Shown in pieces: positions 42,001 to 52,127 of a stretch of DNA of 64,000 nucleotides. Position numbers and translations under genes: made by a program. The notes under the pieces were generated by a model. It was not told the DNA's origin. It saw only the letters and a list, made by a program, of their open reading frames with translations, and ran no database searches. The stretch's first letter is position 1; every line of letters begins with the position of its first letter. Source of the DNA: a bacterium (lineage in GTDB: Bacteria; Hinthialibacterota; Hinthialibacteria; Hinthialibacterales; Hinthialibacteraceae); assembly GCA_963663405.2 (NCBI GenBank), contig CAXXSM010000042.1:8008-72007 (forward strand). Direction: 5' to 3'.

Positions 42001-42050
42001 AAATTCGCAAGGCGCTCGATTCGCATATGAACGCGAGTATTGATTCCTGA
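39039..42050 (+). CDS. Secreted zinc-dependent metalloprotease (EcxA-like, DUF5117/DUF4953 met-zincin)
   Basis: Signal peptide; R.AD.RIGHF, IVFWIENTVP, NPRTGEI, HEFGHVLGFRHNF, SVMEY Met-turn, IGPYD. Confidence 0.92.
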   Translation: MSIRTVCALFCFIVVSVLSSTGFAEEKPATVEIKKSTADVKDVTVEVKIIQQEVKKESEGKKEKSTPAQKKASPAQQQIEELTINNYGFQAIFINSNVRISGNTIEGEISKGAGEEAEEAEETPSGARAPSQPRERPKKPGKFEETIKDATKAEGLITIYTDEKNKKVFWEIAPTQLEKELLITGVMESGAGAGWAKPGAYLWGYSGKIFVLEEIQNTIRLVQRNTRFTAPSDSTEKAAVEKNYSDSIVAAFPVAATNPEDGGYLVDVTNFLLSDFFQIGDELRDSLGSGYGLDRQNCYVIECKAFPKNIITRIKYAFRSGLSSGNIALPDGRSVQIGALIDIRLLSENPDFETRVADRRIGHFIEAQIDFGERAERPTRFVRNIARWDIRKASPELELSPPNKEIVFWIENTVPEKYRDPIRRGVMEWNKAFRKIGIKDPIVVKDQPDDAQWDIYDARYNTIHWNTSHSLAYSAVAQYITNPRTGEIMNGCFLLEAENLRSLHLLRKLNEPNRMELLRERLSGKPPKGFNQHTCDYSDGLTDHAIFVLTALAAEKGVDCASGEFIDKFVDDCLFALAVHEFGHVLGFRHNFEASTLLPLDQLHNKQITSEKSITSSVMEYLPVNFAPEGVEQGYYFEPTIGPYDYLVVEYAYATIQPATGETERDVLNAIGEKGEQREYAYSTDEDLYGYGAPGIDPLANRYDLGNDPLLWGKQQAQKALDTIPKLPNLIKEGDSYDKVRIGFNYMLSNYFNSAEFALKFLGGQYVNPVIKGGPQDPPPLKPVSAVKQREALNFLVEELMSDKVFQFDPELLQMLAGERWMHWGASIPGPAHEYTLTDIAADFYDQLLYIIFSPVITQRIIEAENLRPPEEVKFSVPEVFKTVADEVWREIEPLTKEKLETPIEGAPFSNKKPLISTYRRMLQRQHVKRMTAIMLQPSYNMPADACTQAWRTLRNLEKDLKAIVPFIEEADWIDANSRDHLAETLVKIRKALDSHMNASIDS

Positions 42051-42088
42051 TCGGAACGATAGTCATACAGTTCTTTTAGTTCACTTAC

Positions 42089-42121
42089 AAACGGGGCACG
42101 GTAATCCATGCCCCGTTTTTT
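42089..42121 (+). terminator. Intrinsic terminator
   Basis: AAACGGGGCA-CGGTAATCCA-TGCCCCGTTTTTT. Confidence 0.85.
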
Positions 42122-42168
42122 CAAACTGAAATTTAAAACAATATCAATAGAATCGGAAAGGAAGAGGG

Positions 42169-42636
42169 ATGAAATCATCTAAACATGACGCGGAAGTCAC
42201 CATATTTACGGATGGGGCCTGTAGCGGGAATCCCGGTCCGGGTGGTTGGGCGTATGTGATCCGGCATAATCCAACGGGAAAAGAGGATGAAGGTTCTGGC
42301 GGTGATCCGCATACAACCAATAACAAAATGGAAATGCAGGCGGTGATTGAAGGATTGAAGCGATTGAAAAAGGATGGCGTGCGCGTTCATGTTGTGACGG
42401 ACAGTTCCTATGTGCAGCAAGGCATCACCAGTTGGATCATTAACTGGAAGAAAAACAATTGGCATTTAAAAAGCAGCAAAGGCAAACCGGTGAAAAACGT
42501 TGAATTATGGAAAGAGATGGACGCGCTGGTCCAAAAACATATTGTCACATTTGAACTCGTAAAAGGTCATTCGGGCCATCCGGAAAATGAACGGTGCGAT
42601 GAACTGGCGGTCGCGGCGTATCAACAGTATTTATAA
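42169..42636 (+). CDS. rnhA: Ribonuclease HI
   Basis: FTDGACSGNPGPGG, TTNNKME, TDSSYV, VKNVELW, KGHSGHPENERCD. Confidence 0.98.
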   Translation: MKSSKHDAEVTIFTDGACSGNPGPGGWAYVIRHNPTGKEDEGSGGDPHTTNNKMEMQAVIEGLKRLKKDGVRVHVVTDSSYVQQGITSWIINWKKNNWHLKSSKGKPVKNVELWKEMDALVQKHIVTFELVKGHSGHPENERCDELAVAAYQQYL

Positions 42637-42731
42637 GCGTTTCATTTAATAACACAGCGATCCTAAGTTTTCTGCGTGAAAGAAAGTAGAATAGATTTAA
42701 AGCATTGTTCAAAACAGAAAGGCGGATGAGA

Positions 42732-44048
42732 ATGAAAGGGGCGTTGATCCTTGCGGTTAGTTTGCTGATGTGTTGTTACTCATCCACATCATCCGCCTGC
42801 CGGTATTCGGTGCGGGACGTAGGTTTTGTCGACCTTGGCTCGTCTCCCTATCGCCTGTATGGATATATAAATAACGAAACACCCGAATCGCAGGCGGAGG
42901 CATTTAAACAGATCGCCTATGCGGTTTTACTTGACAGCAATGTCGAAGTGGAAATCCTGAATGTAGACCAGGATAAAAACCATCCCGCTTTGGAATATTA
43001 TCACTGGCTGCAACTCGGTTCGTTCCCATCCGCCGCGTTGGTCTCCCCGGAAGGAGACGCCATCGAGATTCCACTGACGAAACCGGGCAAGTCATTTAAA
43101 GAATCCCTATGGACCGCGTTGGAAAGCGTTGTAGTTTCGCCTGTCCGCGATACGGTGATTAAAGACTTGATTGAATCGTATTGTGTGATTCTTTATGTCC
43201 AATGCAAAAACGCGGCGCAAAATCTCCGAATCCGAGAGGGTCTTCAAGAGATCATCACCCGTGTGGAAAACTCGATGAGTCTATTGCCGAAACTAATCGA
43301 GAATCCTCCCCGCCTAGTGGAAATCGAACCTAGCGCTTTCGAGCAGGAAACTGTGTTTATTCGAAGCCTGGGGGTGAAACGGCTTGATGGAGCGGAGCCT
43401 TACGCGATGGTTCTTTATGGGCGGGGCCGAAAAATCGGAAGTTTGCTGCGGGGAGAGGAGATTCTCTCCAATGCGCTATTCAATACGATCTACCTTGTTG
43501 GACAATCCTGTGAATGCGGCCTTGATCGCGAGCAGATGATGGGGGTTATGTTTCCACTGCGGTGGGATGGCGCCACGCAAAAACTCGCTGCGAAGAAATT
43601 GGGATTCGACGCGGAAAGCCCAATGGTCAAGATGGAGATTGGACAGATTCTCTCGATCAATTCATCCGGCGTTGGTACAGGCGGCTCGGTTGAAGACGCG
43701 CTGCTTGGCTATACGGAAATGACAATTGATGTGGAACCGGATACAGGGCAATTGATAGTACAGGACACCCGTTCTCTTGGATCGTATACAGAATTACCAG
43801 TGGAAGGCGCGATGGAGGACAATTCATCCACCGCTGGTCTTCAATCAGCGGCGCCTGGCGCCATGGATATGAATCTGAATCAAGATAAGGCGGCGCTTTC
43901 GTCTTCTCAATCCTCGAACGTTCAAAATCTAGAAACGCAAATTCGAATTCGTTATACGACATCTCTCATTATTATTTGCGGGATCGTTGTTTTAATGCTC
44001 ACGGCGGGTATTGTCATCCTTCTGCGCGCAAGGACGCGGATCCAATGA
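42732..44048 (+). CDS. Exported protein with C-terminal TM anchor, first gene of an ABC operon
   Basis: Signal peptide ending ..SA-CRYSVRDVGF, SCECGLDR, C-terminal hydrophobic helix followed by RAR. Confidence 0.65.
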   Translation: MKGALILAVSLLMCCYSSTSSACRYSVRDVGFVDLGSSPYRLYGYINNETPESQAEAFKQIAYAVLLDSNVEVEILNVDQDKNHPALEYYHWLQLGSFPSAALVSPEGDAIEIPLTKPGKSFKESLWTALESVVVSPVRDTVIKDLIESYCVILYVQCKNAAQNLRIREGLQEIITRVENSMSLLPKLIENPPRLVEIEPSAFEQETVFIRSLGVKRLDGAEPYAMVLYGRGRKIGSLLRGEEILSNALFNTIYLVGQSCECGLDREQMMGVMFPLRWDGATQKLAAKKLGFDAESPMVKMEIGQILSINSSGVGTGGSVEDALLGYTEMTIDVEPDTGQLIVQDTRSLGSYTELPVEGAMEDNSSTAGLQSAAPGAMDMNLNQDKAALSSSQSSNVQNLETQIRIRYTTSLIIICGIVVLMLTAGIVILLRARTRIQ

Positions 44049-45187
44049 TTTTACATATAATCTTTAAAGAGATTATTCACCGGAAATTGAATTTTCTATT
44101 AAGTCTCGCGGCGATTGGGACGGCGGTGGCGTTGTATGTGGGTTTCTTTACCACCGCGGAGGCATCGAAAAAGGAGACGGCCCGGTTGATGCGGGATTTG
44201 GGATACAGTCTGCGCATCATCGCCAATGACACCGACATGACCGAGTTTTATAACCGGGGTTATTCAGAAAAAACGCTCCCGGAAGAGTCGGTCGCTCAAT
44301 TCGCCTCGCAGAGGGGGCTATCGTACGCGCATCTTCTTGGCACGATTTATCAACGAATCAATTGGCGCGGCCGTGAAGTCATTCTCACGGGCATCTCCAA
44401 TGAATTATCCCCCCCCGACCGGAATAAACCTTCCATGATTTTCACAATCGAGCAAGGGACGGTCTACCTTGGATACGAACTCGGACAGAGCCTGGGATTG
44501 AAAAAGGGAGACGAAATCGAGATTCAAGGCGAAACTTTCAAGATCGTCAATTGTCTGAATGAGAAAGGTAACATGGACGATATCCGCATCTATGGAAACC
44601 TGAAAGATTTTCAGAAGTTGCTGAATATGGAAGGGAAAATCAACGAAATCCAAGCGCTTGATTGCGCTTGTCTCGATCCGGGCGTCGATGTTTTGGCGAA
44701 GCTTCGCGCCGAACTCAATCAATACATCCCTGGAGCAAAAGTGGTCCGGGCGCGGACGATGGCGGAAACACGCGAGAAACAGCGGTATATGCTGGAGCAA
44801 TACCTGGCGATGATCTTACCCTTTGCGGCGGTGGTTTGCGCGATCTGGATCGGAGCGCTGGCGATGTTGAACGCCCGTGAACGACGGTATGAAATCGGTG
44901 TGCTGCGAGCGCTGGGCTATAGATCGGGAAAAATCGCGGCGCTCTTTCTGGGAAAAGCGATCGTGATCGGTGTTGTGGGCGCGGGGATCGGATTTGCGGT
45001 GGGCACATGGCTGGCGCTGACGTTCGGCCCCCAAATTTTTGAAGTGACGGCGAAGGGGATACGTCCGCTCTATTCTCTATTGACCTGGTCTCTGCTGGCC
45101 GCGCCGGCTTTCGCGGCGGTATCGTCTTTTATCCCAACAACAATCGCCGTCACGCAGGATCCGGCGGAGACGCTCCGGGACGAGTGA
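44045..45187 (+). CDS. ABC transporter permease, FtsX/MacB family
   Basis: KEIIHRK TM1, large periplasmic loop, ERRYEIGVLRALG, QDPAETLR. Confidence 0.9.
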   Translation: MILHIIFKEIIHRKLNFLLSLAAIGTAVALYVGFFTTAEASKKETARLMRDLGYSLRIIANDTDMTEFYNRGYSEKTLPEESVAQFASQRGLSYAHLLGTIYQRINWRGREVILTGISNELSPPDRNKPSMIFTIEQGTVYLGYELGQSLGLKKGDEIEIQGETFKIVNCLNEKGNMDDIRIYGNLKDFQKLLNMEGKINEIQALDCACLDPGVDVLAKLRAELNQYIPGAKVVRARTMAETREKQRYMLEQYLAMILPFAAVVCAIWIGALAMLNARERRYEIGVLRALGYRSGKIAALFLGKAIVIGVVGAGIGFAVGTWLALTFGPQIFEVTAKGIRPLYSLLTWSLLAAPAFAAVSSFIPTTIAVTQDPAETLRDE

Positions 45188-45252
45188 CGCATCTTAAATT
45201 CATCCACACTGAAAAACTTCTTCTCACGGTGACAAGATAGGATAAAAGCGGC

Positions 45253-45918
45253 ATGATCCAGTTAGAAAATGTAAGTAAAATCTACCGAACCCGAAACGGT
45301 GAACTGAAGGCGTTGGACGATGTAAGCCTGGAGGTTAAAAAGAGAGAATTCGTTGTGATTCGTGGCCCTAGTGGCAGCGGGGAAAACCTCGCTGCTGCTC
45401 GCATGCGGGGGGATGCAGCGCCCGACGATGGGGCATATCCGCGTCGATGATTCAGATCTTTATCAGATCAGCGAACGCGAACGGGCGGCGTTTCGCTCAC
45501 AGAATATCGGATTTATCTTTCAGATGTTTCATTTGGTTCCCTACCTGACAGTATTAGATAACGTGCTGCTTGCCTCACAAGGGAGAAGCAAAAAAAAGAA
45601 GCCAAAGAATTGTTGGACCGGCTGGGCCTTGCCGATCGCGCTGATCATCGTCCCGCTGAACTGAGCGCGGGAGAACGGCAGCGGGCCGCAATCGCCCGCG
45701 CCTCTCTCAATCAACCCAAAATCCTTCTCGCCGATGAACCGACAGGCAATCTTGATCCGGAAAACGCTAACGAAGTAATTAGTCAATTAAGCGTTTTTCA
45801 TAAAAATGGTGGTACTGTGCTGGTCGTCACACACGGCTCCATCGCCGATCAATACGCCACCCGTATTATACACTTACGCAACGGCCGTCTTGCCGATTCA
45901 ATCGAAAGCAGCCACTAA
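45253..45918 (+). CDS. ABC ATP-binding protein (LolD/MacB-type), two homopolymer frameshifts
   Basis: GPSGSG(KT), [28 protein letters not shown] and VVTH spread across ORFs 45253, 45362 and 45610. Confidence 0.88.
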
Positions 45919-46174
45919 TTCCAAACCGGCTTTAAACCGCCCATCCGGACATAATTCCTAATAGAAAAAAAACAAAAAAATCTATTGATATCAATTAATA
46001 TTTTTGGTTTAATTAAACTCAATCGATTATGTAATAGAACATAAGACTAATAATCGATTGAAATGTGATTTATGTATTGAGCAAATGCGCATAATGAAAC
46101 CGCGTTGCATCGTTTTTTACAAATATGAATGGGATTCGGACTATCATCAAAACAGTGTTTAGGGAGAGAAAAAA

Positions 46175-49100
46175 ATGAAATCGTACGGGAATGAAGTCAA
46201 CGTGAATCGGTTTAAGTGGATTTCTCGCTCGATTATTGTGGCAGTGTTTTTAACGGCGCTTTTTCTGACCGTGATTCTACCGGTCCAAAACGCGTCGGCT
46301 ATCCAGGTGACTTCAGGTGTCTCATTCGCCCAGATTGAGATTGATTTTACGAATATAAAAATTCCCTATTCCAATTTCTTTTACTTTTTTACGGATATCT
46401 ATTTTTTAGCGGAAACGAGTCAGCAGACCAGCGGATTTTTGAATGTGTATGCGATCGAGTGGGGCTGGGTCGTGCAGAACCTTCCAGTGGATGTCAATTG
46501 GGGATTGGAAGGTCTCAGTGTCATGTTCAGTATGGATATGGGGAATTATGAAGTAGATATGATCCAAGCGATTGTTGAATATACGCCCGATCCAATGGAA
46601 AGTTTTTCTCCCGATCCAATTGAGTATACTCCGGATGATTTTTATTTATGGAAACCGCCGGTTGTCTTCAATGCGGAAGGCCGGAACGCGGAACGATCCG
46701 GGGCCACAGGGATTGCGGGAATCGATCTCTCCGCTCTCTCGTTTCTCGGAAACACTGCGATCACGATGCAAACCGGCCATCAAAATATTGAACAAGATAA
46801 AAATCAATGCGGCCCCGCGTCGGTCGCTAACAGTCTGCAATGGCTTGAAGACCAGGGAGACATCAATGTGATGGATGTACATAGACCGGGAGTTGGAGAT
46901 GAAATCAGTGATGTCACGACACCCGCGATCGTCGAAAAATTGGATAAAGCGATGAATCGCGGGAAAGGAGAAACTGTCTCTGACACCAATTTCATCAATG
47001 GGAAACTCAAATACCTCTCCGAAAATGGTTTGGGTGATAAGTTAAACATTAAGCACAAGTGGCCGGGCAACTTTGGAGGGCCGATGAAAACCGGCGACGC
47101 CACCTATACACCTCCAGGTGGAGGCGCACCAGTCACGTCCAAACGGGATACAAGCGACAAAACTCTGGCGGAATGGATCGAGCAAGAATTGAAAGATGGG
47201 GAAGACGTCGAACTAGCCATCGGCTGGGACGATGGCGGCGGTCACTGGGTGCGCGTTATTGGAGGAGGAACGATTCTTGGTGAACCTTTCATTATTTTCA
47301 TGCACGACGCCAAGCAAAAAGAAGAGGGTGGAATCTGTTGGGGGACCGGTGGTTTTGGCTTCTCTTGGCTGAAAGACAATAAATTCAAGAATCTTGTCGG
47401 TGGCGAAACCGCTCCCGGTGGAACCGCCGATGGCGCTGTCTCTGAATCGAAAAAAGAAGAACCCGAACCGACTACGGCGCCAACAGAAGCGCCCACCAAG
47501 GAGCCGACTGAAGTGCCTACTAAGGTACCTACAGAGATTCCAACCGAAGTACCGACTGAAGTTCCAACTGAAATACCAACGGAAATACCAACGGAAATAC
47601 CAACGGAAATACCAACGGAAATTCCGACCGAGGAACCTACAAGGGAACCACCGACAGTCATTCCCCCAACGATTACGCCAACCGATAGGGTAACGATACC
47701 CCCAACAATTACCCCCACGGACCGGCCAACAATTCCACCAACGATCACACCTACGGACCGGCCAGCGATTCCACCAACGATCACACCCACGGACCGGCCG
47801 ACGATTCCATGGCCAACGATTACCCCGACAGGCCGGCCAACGATCCCAGCGACGATCACACCGACTGATCGTCCGACGATTCCATGGCCAACGATTACCC
47901 CGACAGATCGGCCGACGATTCCTCCGACGAAGCCACCCACAAGGCCGCCGACGAATACACCAACTCCGACGCCGACGAGTAAGGATCCATCGGAAATCCC
48001 ATGCCCGATTTATTTCAGTATCGAGGAACCATTCACGCTGCCATTCGGCGGGAATCATGGAGATATTCTGGTTCACAATCCATACACGGTCCCATATGTC
48101 CTTCCAGGTGGCGCGCATCATAATCTGATTAAAGAATTCCTAACCGTTACGGACCGGAATCATGGACTCGATGGATTTGATATTATTGAATTGGATCAGT
48201 CTAATGTCATTGATGAAAACCAGTTGAATCATAAGATCATCTTCACGATCGAGGATCGATTCGTCGTCAATAATAACCGGCATCCTCTTTTTGGATCGAT
48301 TGTGACGGATGGTGATTTGCTCCTGACTAACGGCGGAATTATTCGTAACCAGGCGTTGATCGGTCCATTGGATCTGCTCAACGAAAACGATCAAGAGATC
48401 CCCACGATTGGGATCGACGCGCTGGAAGTCGAAGGGCTTTTGGAAGGATTCGACGTGCTGGATCATCAGGTCATAACTGATTTGACGCAGATCCCCCGGC
48501 TTACGGGATTGAATCAGATCCATATTTTCTTCTCGTTCGAGGAGATCAATGATGAATTGATCGCGGGCGCAGGGAGTCTCCTCCCACCGGGGACACTCGT
48601 CAGCGCTGACGATATCATCATGATGATTATCACCCCCGGTGGCCTCTCCGCCCGAATCAGCCGTTCGGGCGCCGATGGCGTTCCTGATCCGGCCTTGAAT
48701 ATCATCATTCCATTTGAAGTGGAAGGGAATATGGGACTTGATGCGGCGGCGACATGTTTGGATGAAGCGCTTCTCTCGATTCCCAATATTATTGAATTGT
48801 ACTTTTCCACCTCACTCGATGACAATACGATCCCGGTTGAATTCGAACATGGAGACGTGCTGCTGAATAATATCAGCATCCCCGAAAGTAAAGTATTTTT
48901 AAAGAACTACGCTCTAACGAAAGATGACAGTGAGGATTGGGGTTTGGATGGGCTCGATCTCTATCCAGAAGAAATCACACCACCGCCGCCAACGCCTGTT
49001 TTCACGGACACGCCAGCGCCCCCAACGAAGGTTCCAACCCGCGTTCCGACAAAGGTCCCAACGCGGCGGCCTTTAGACATTCCGCTCAATACCGTCGTTG

Positions 49101-50593
49101 TCACGGATTCCATTTCGGATATTGCCGATTTGAGCAATGGATTTGATTACGATACACCGGATAACCGCGAACTGGTGATTCAGTGGAATAACTTGGTCGA
49201 CAACGTTGAGCAGTATCATGTGTATGTTCGTGTTGATGGCGCGAGTAAAATTGAATATTTAGGCCGGGTCAACAATCCAGCCACTCCGTACCTGCGTTGG
49301 TATGAAAATGGAACGGGTATCGCGCCCGATTTCCGTGACGGCCCGCAATTCGGCCATAAATATGATTTTGTTGTGTTTATTCTCGCCGCCAGTGGGGATA
49401 CGCGCATACTCAACCGGTTGACCAACGCCGGTCCGGTTGATTTTCAACCTCTGATCGAACAGAACAAAGTGATTGTCACCGATTCGATGGAGACCTATCA
49501 GGACTTAAGCAATCTGTTTGATATTGATTCATCCAGTAATCGTGAATTGGTGATTCGTTGGAATCTAATGGAACCAGACGCGGCGGACTATCATGTCTAC
49601 GTCCAAACCGATGCGTCTAGAGGCCGTTTCTATCTGGGACGTTCGGGTGATCCATCCAGAGAATATCTGCGTTGGAGCCAAGGCGCGCCCCGGATCGCGT
49701 CCGCGTACGCCGATGGCCCTCAATTTGGTCACTCGTATAAGTTCTTTGTGTATATCATCACGAAAAGCGGGAATCCACGTGTGATCGGTCCCATCGCCAA
49801 TGACGGCCCTGTTGATTTCATTCCATTGATCGTAACCGACCGGATGATTGTCACCGACTCGATTGTAACGAGTGTGGATTTGAGCAACGGTTCTGATTTC
49901 GACGATCCAGATGAACGGGAACTGGCCATTCAATGGAACAAAACGCTCCAGGAGGTGAAGGACTATCACTTCTACGTCAGCGTCGACGGCGGGGCGAGGA
50001 CGTACCTGGGACGCACAGGTAGCGGGGAGAAAACCTATTTCCGCTGGAAAGAAGGCGCGCCGAATATCGCGTCTGGATTTACCGCTGGACCGCAGTTCGG
50101 TCATCGTTACCGGTTCTTCGTCTTCGCGCTTCGCGAGGCGGATTCCAATCTGCCGAGAGTGGCGGGGCCATTTACACACGCTGGGCCCGTTGATTTCTTG
50201 TCATCGATCGTGATTGTTCCCGATAACAAAGTGATTGTGACGGATGATATTACATCCTCCATCGATTTGAGCAACGATATTGATTATGACAATGAAAACG
50301 AACGGGAATTGGCGATCCTTTGGAATCTGCCTTATAGTGATGTGAATTCCTACCATGTATATGTTCAAATCGACGGCCAGCCGGGCCGGAATTATTTAGG
50401 CCGAACGGTGGATGGAAACCAACACTACCTGCGTTGGCGGGCGGACGAACCACGATTAAATTCGGCCTACGCAGACGGCCCGGACTTCCGGCACACATAT
50501 CGATTCTATATCTTCATCCTTCGCAGCTCTGGTTCTCCACTGATCGCTGGACCTGTAACACACGATGGCCCGGTCACCTATTTAGAAGAATAA
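46175..50593 (+). CDS. 1472-aa secreted surface protein: papain-like Cys domain, Pro/Thr stalk, repeat domain, four ~125-aa C-terminal repeats
   Basis: Signal peptide; QDKNQCGPASVAN / GGHWV / FMHD; PTE(I/V) and PTITPTDR repeats; 4x VTD..DLSN..D.D...REL.I.WN...YLGR...GP.F.H.Y.F. Confidence 0.85.
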   Translation: MKSYGNEVNVNRFKWISRSIIVAVFLTALFLTVILPVQNASAIQVTSGVSFAQIEIDFTNIKIPYSNFFYFFTDIYFLAETSQQTSGFLNVYAIEWGWVVQNLPVDVNWGLEGLSVMFSMDMGNYEVDMIQAIVEYTPDPMESFSPDPIEYTPDDFYLWKPPVVFNAEGRNAERSGATGIAGIDLSALSFLGNTAITMQTGHQNIEQDKNQCGPASVANSLQWLEDQGDINVMDVHRPGVGDEISDVTTPAIVEKLDKAMNRGKGETVSDTNFINGKLKYLSENGLGDKLNIKHKWPGNFGGPMKTGDATYTPPGGGAPVTSKRDTSDKTLAEWIEQELKDGEDVELAIGWDDGGGHWVRVIGGGTILGEPFIIFMHDAKQKEEGGICWGTGGFGFSWLKDNKFKNLVGGETAPGGTADGAVSESKKEEPEPTTAPTEAPTKEPTEVPTKVPTEIPTEVPTEVPTEIPTEIPTEIPTEIPTEIPTEEPTREPPTVIPPTITPTDRVTIPPTITPTDRPTIPPTITPTDRPAIPPTITPTDRPTIPWPTITPTGRPTIPATITPTDRPTIPWPTITPTDRPTIPPTKPPTRPPTNTPTPTPTSKDPSEIPCPIYFSIEEPFTLPFGGNHGDILVHNPYTVPYVLPGGAHHNLIKEFLTVTDRNHGLDGFDIIELDQSNVIDENQLNHKIIFTIEDRFVVNNNRHPLFGSIVTDGDLLLTNGGIIRNQALIGPLDLLNENDQEIPTIGIDALEVEGLLEGFDVLDHQVITDLTQIPRLTGLNQIHIFFSFEEINDELIAGAGSLLPPGTLVSADDIIMMIITPGGLSARISRSGADGVPDPALNIIIPFEVEGNMGLDAAATCLDEALLSIPNIIELYFSTSLDDNTIPVEFEHGDVLLNNISIPESKVFLKNYALTKDDSEDWGLDGLDLYPEEITPPPPTPVFTDTPAPPTKVPTRVPTKVPTRRPLDIPLNTVVVTDSISDIADLSNGFDYDTPDNRELVIQWNNLVDNVEQYHVYVRVDGASKIEYLGRVNNPATPYLRWYENGTGIAPDFRDGPQFGHKYDFVVFILAASGDTRILNRLTNAGPVDFQPLIEQNKVIVTDSMETYQDLSNLFDIDSSSNRELVIRWNLMEPDAADYHVYVQTDASRGRFYLGRSGDPSREYLRWSQGAPRIASAYADGPQFGHSYKFFVYIITKSGNPRVIGPIANDGPVDFIPLIVTDRMIVTDSIVTSVDLSNGSDFDDPDERELAIQWNKTLQEVKDYHFYVSVDGGARTYLGRTGSGEKTYFRWKEGAPNIASGFTAGPQFGHRYRFFVFALREADSNLPRVAGPFTHAGPVDFLSSIVIVPDNKVIVTDDITSSIDLSNDIDYDNENERELAILWNLPYSDVNSYHVYVQIDGQPGRNYLGRTVDGNQHYLRWRADEPRLNSAYADGPDFRHTYRFYIFILRSSGSPLIAGPVTHDGPVTYLEE
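47460..47980 (+). repeat. Coding tandem repeats (12-bp PTEI units and 33/36-bp PTITPTDRPTIP units)
   Basis: CCAACGGAAATA repeated in tandem; about 8 copies of PTITPT(D/G)R. Confidence 0.9.
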
Positions 50594-50617
50594 CTCCACA
50601 ACAGGGGAGAGGAGAAT

Positions 50618-50659
50618 AAGAAGAGACGGTCATCCCCGGCCGTCTCTTCTTTGCTTTTG
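50618..50659. terminator. Intrinsic terminator
   Basis: AAGAAGAGACGG-TCATCCCCGG-CCGTCTCTTCTT followed by TGCTTTT. Confidence 0.8.
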
Positions 50660-50761
50660 TGGCTTTTAAATGTGTGTTATAAAAAATACGATTTAGTTCC
50701 AGGCCAATCCTAAAGAACAATCCGCCGGTTGGAGACCAAAGAAACACCTTCAGTCTTCAAC

Positions 50762-51892
50762 CTATACCCCTAAAAAATCAAAGATTTTTTCAACGATTGT
50801 TTCTTGTTCCTCCAATGTCAGCCGGTTATAAAAAGGCAGCCGCACGATGCGGTCCGCGACAGATTCCGTAATGGGGAGGCGGTTTTGTACGCCGATCCGT
50901 TTCGCGTAGGGTGATTGGTGTAGTGGGGTGAAATGAAATACCGCCTGGACACCTTCCTTTCGAAGATGCGTTAATAAATCCGCTCTTGTCTGCGGTTTAT
51001 CAACAAGGAAATAGTAGAGGTGATGATTCACCAAACAACCATCAGGAATCCGCATAGGTTGAATAAGCCCACGGTCCGTTAAGGGTTGAAGAAGCCGATC
51101 ATAATTTTCATGGATCGCTTTCCGTTTTGCGATAATCGTATCCCGCGCCTGAAATTGCCCATACAAAAACGCCCCAATCAGAGCGCTGGGCAGAAAGGAT
51201 GAACCAAGTTCCACCCAGGAATAGCGATCCACTTCCCCCCGGAAAAACGCTGTACGGTTCGTGCCTTTTTCAATCAAAATCTCAACAGCGGGGATATCGT
51301 CTTCGTTGTTCAGAACAATCGCGCCGCCTTCACCCGCAGTGAATGTTTTTGTTTCATGAAAACTGTAACACCCGATATCTCCAATAGCGCCTAAGTATTT
51401 CCCTTTATAGGAGGCTAAAAAACCATGCGCCGCGTCTTCAATGACGCGCAGGGAATGTTGGTTTGCGATTTGATTGATACGTTTCATTTCGCAGGCGACG
51501 CCCGCGTAATGGACGGGCACAATCGCTTTCGTCCTTTCAGTAATGAGCGATTCGATCTGTTTTTCATCCATATTCAACGTGTCAGACCGGATATCTACAA
51601 ATACCGGCTTCGCTCCCCGCAGACAGAACGCCGTGGCTGTTGAAACATAGGTGAACGAAGGCATGATAATTTCATCACCGCTCTGTATACCATACAGAAG
51701 AGCCGCCAGTTCCATCGCGTCTGTGCAGGAAGCGGTTAAAAACACTTTCTTGGCGCCGATTGTCTCCGCGATCTCATCTCCGCAAAGGCGGTTAAAATCT
51801 CCATCCCCCCCAATCTTTCCCGATTGAATCGCCTGCAGGATATATTCAACCTCTTTCCCTTCTACGCTGGGTTTATTAAATGGTATCTCCAT
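50762..51892 (-). CDS. rffA: dTDP-4-amino-4,6-dideoxygalactose transaminase (WecE)
   Basis: IPFNKP, SCTDAMEL, VPVHYAG, IEDAAH, SFHETK, GEGG, EKGTNR; 376 aa. Confidence 0.92.
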   Translation of the reverse strand: MEIPFNKPSVEGKEVEYILQAIQSGKIGGDGDFNRLCGDEIAETIGAKKVFLTASCTDAMELAALLYGIQSGDEIIMPSFTYVSTATAFCLRGAKPVFVDIRSDTLNMDEKQIESLITERTKAIVPVHYAGVACEMKRINQIANQHSLRVIEDAAHGFLASYKGKYLGAIGDIGCYSFHETKTFTAGEGGAIVLNNEDDIPAVEILIEKGTNRTAFFRGEVDRYSWVELGSSFLPSALIGAFLYGQFQARDTIIAKRKAIHENYDRLLQPLTDRGLIQPMRIPDGCLVNHHLYYFLVDKPQTRADLLTHLRKEGVQAVFHFTPLHQSPYAKRIGVQNRLPITESVADRIVRLPFYNRLTLEEQETIVEKIFDFLGV

Positions 51893-52127
51893 CAGTTTTA
51901 TACTTTCTTAAGATTCATCCAATAATTTTATATTTCTTTGGATGGATTCTTTTTTCGATAATTTTGCGCGCTTCGCAATTAAAAAAGAGAACGGACATCT
52001 TCTATTTGAAATATAGAGCGGTCAAAATTCTTTCAAAGGCTTCCAAGTGAGTCCACCTCCCATGCCCAATCCAATAAATTGGAATACAATACATTAAATT
52101 CATTCCAGAGGAGTCGGATAAACTATC

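Noticed and set aside
47460-47980. CRISPR array
   Set aside because: The repeats are in-frame Pro/Thr coding units with no unique spacers and no cas genes
47213-48121. Long antisense ORFs (302 and 232 aa)
   Set aside because: Shadows of the Pro/Thr repeat region on the opposite strand
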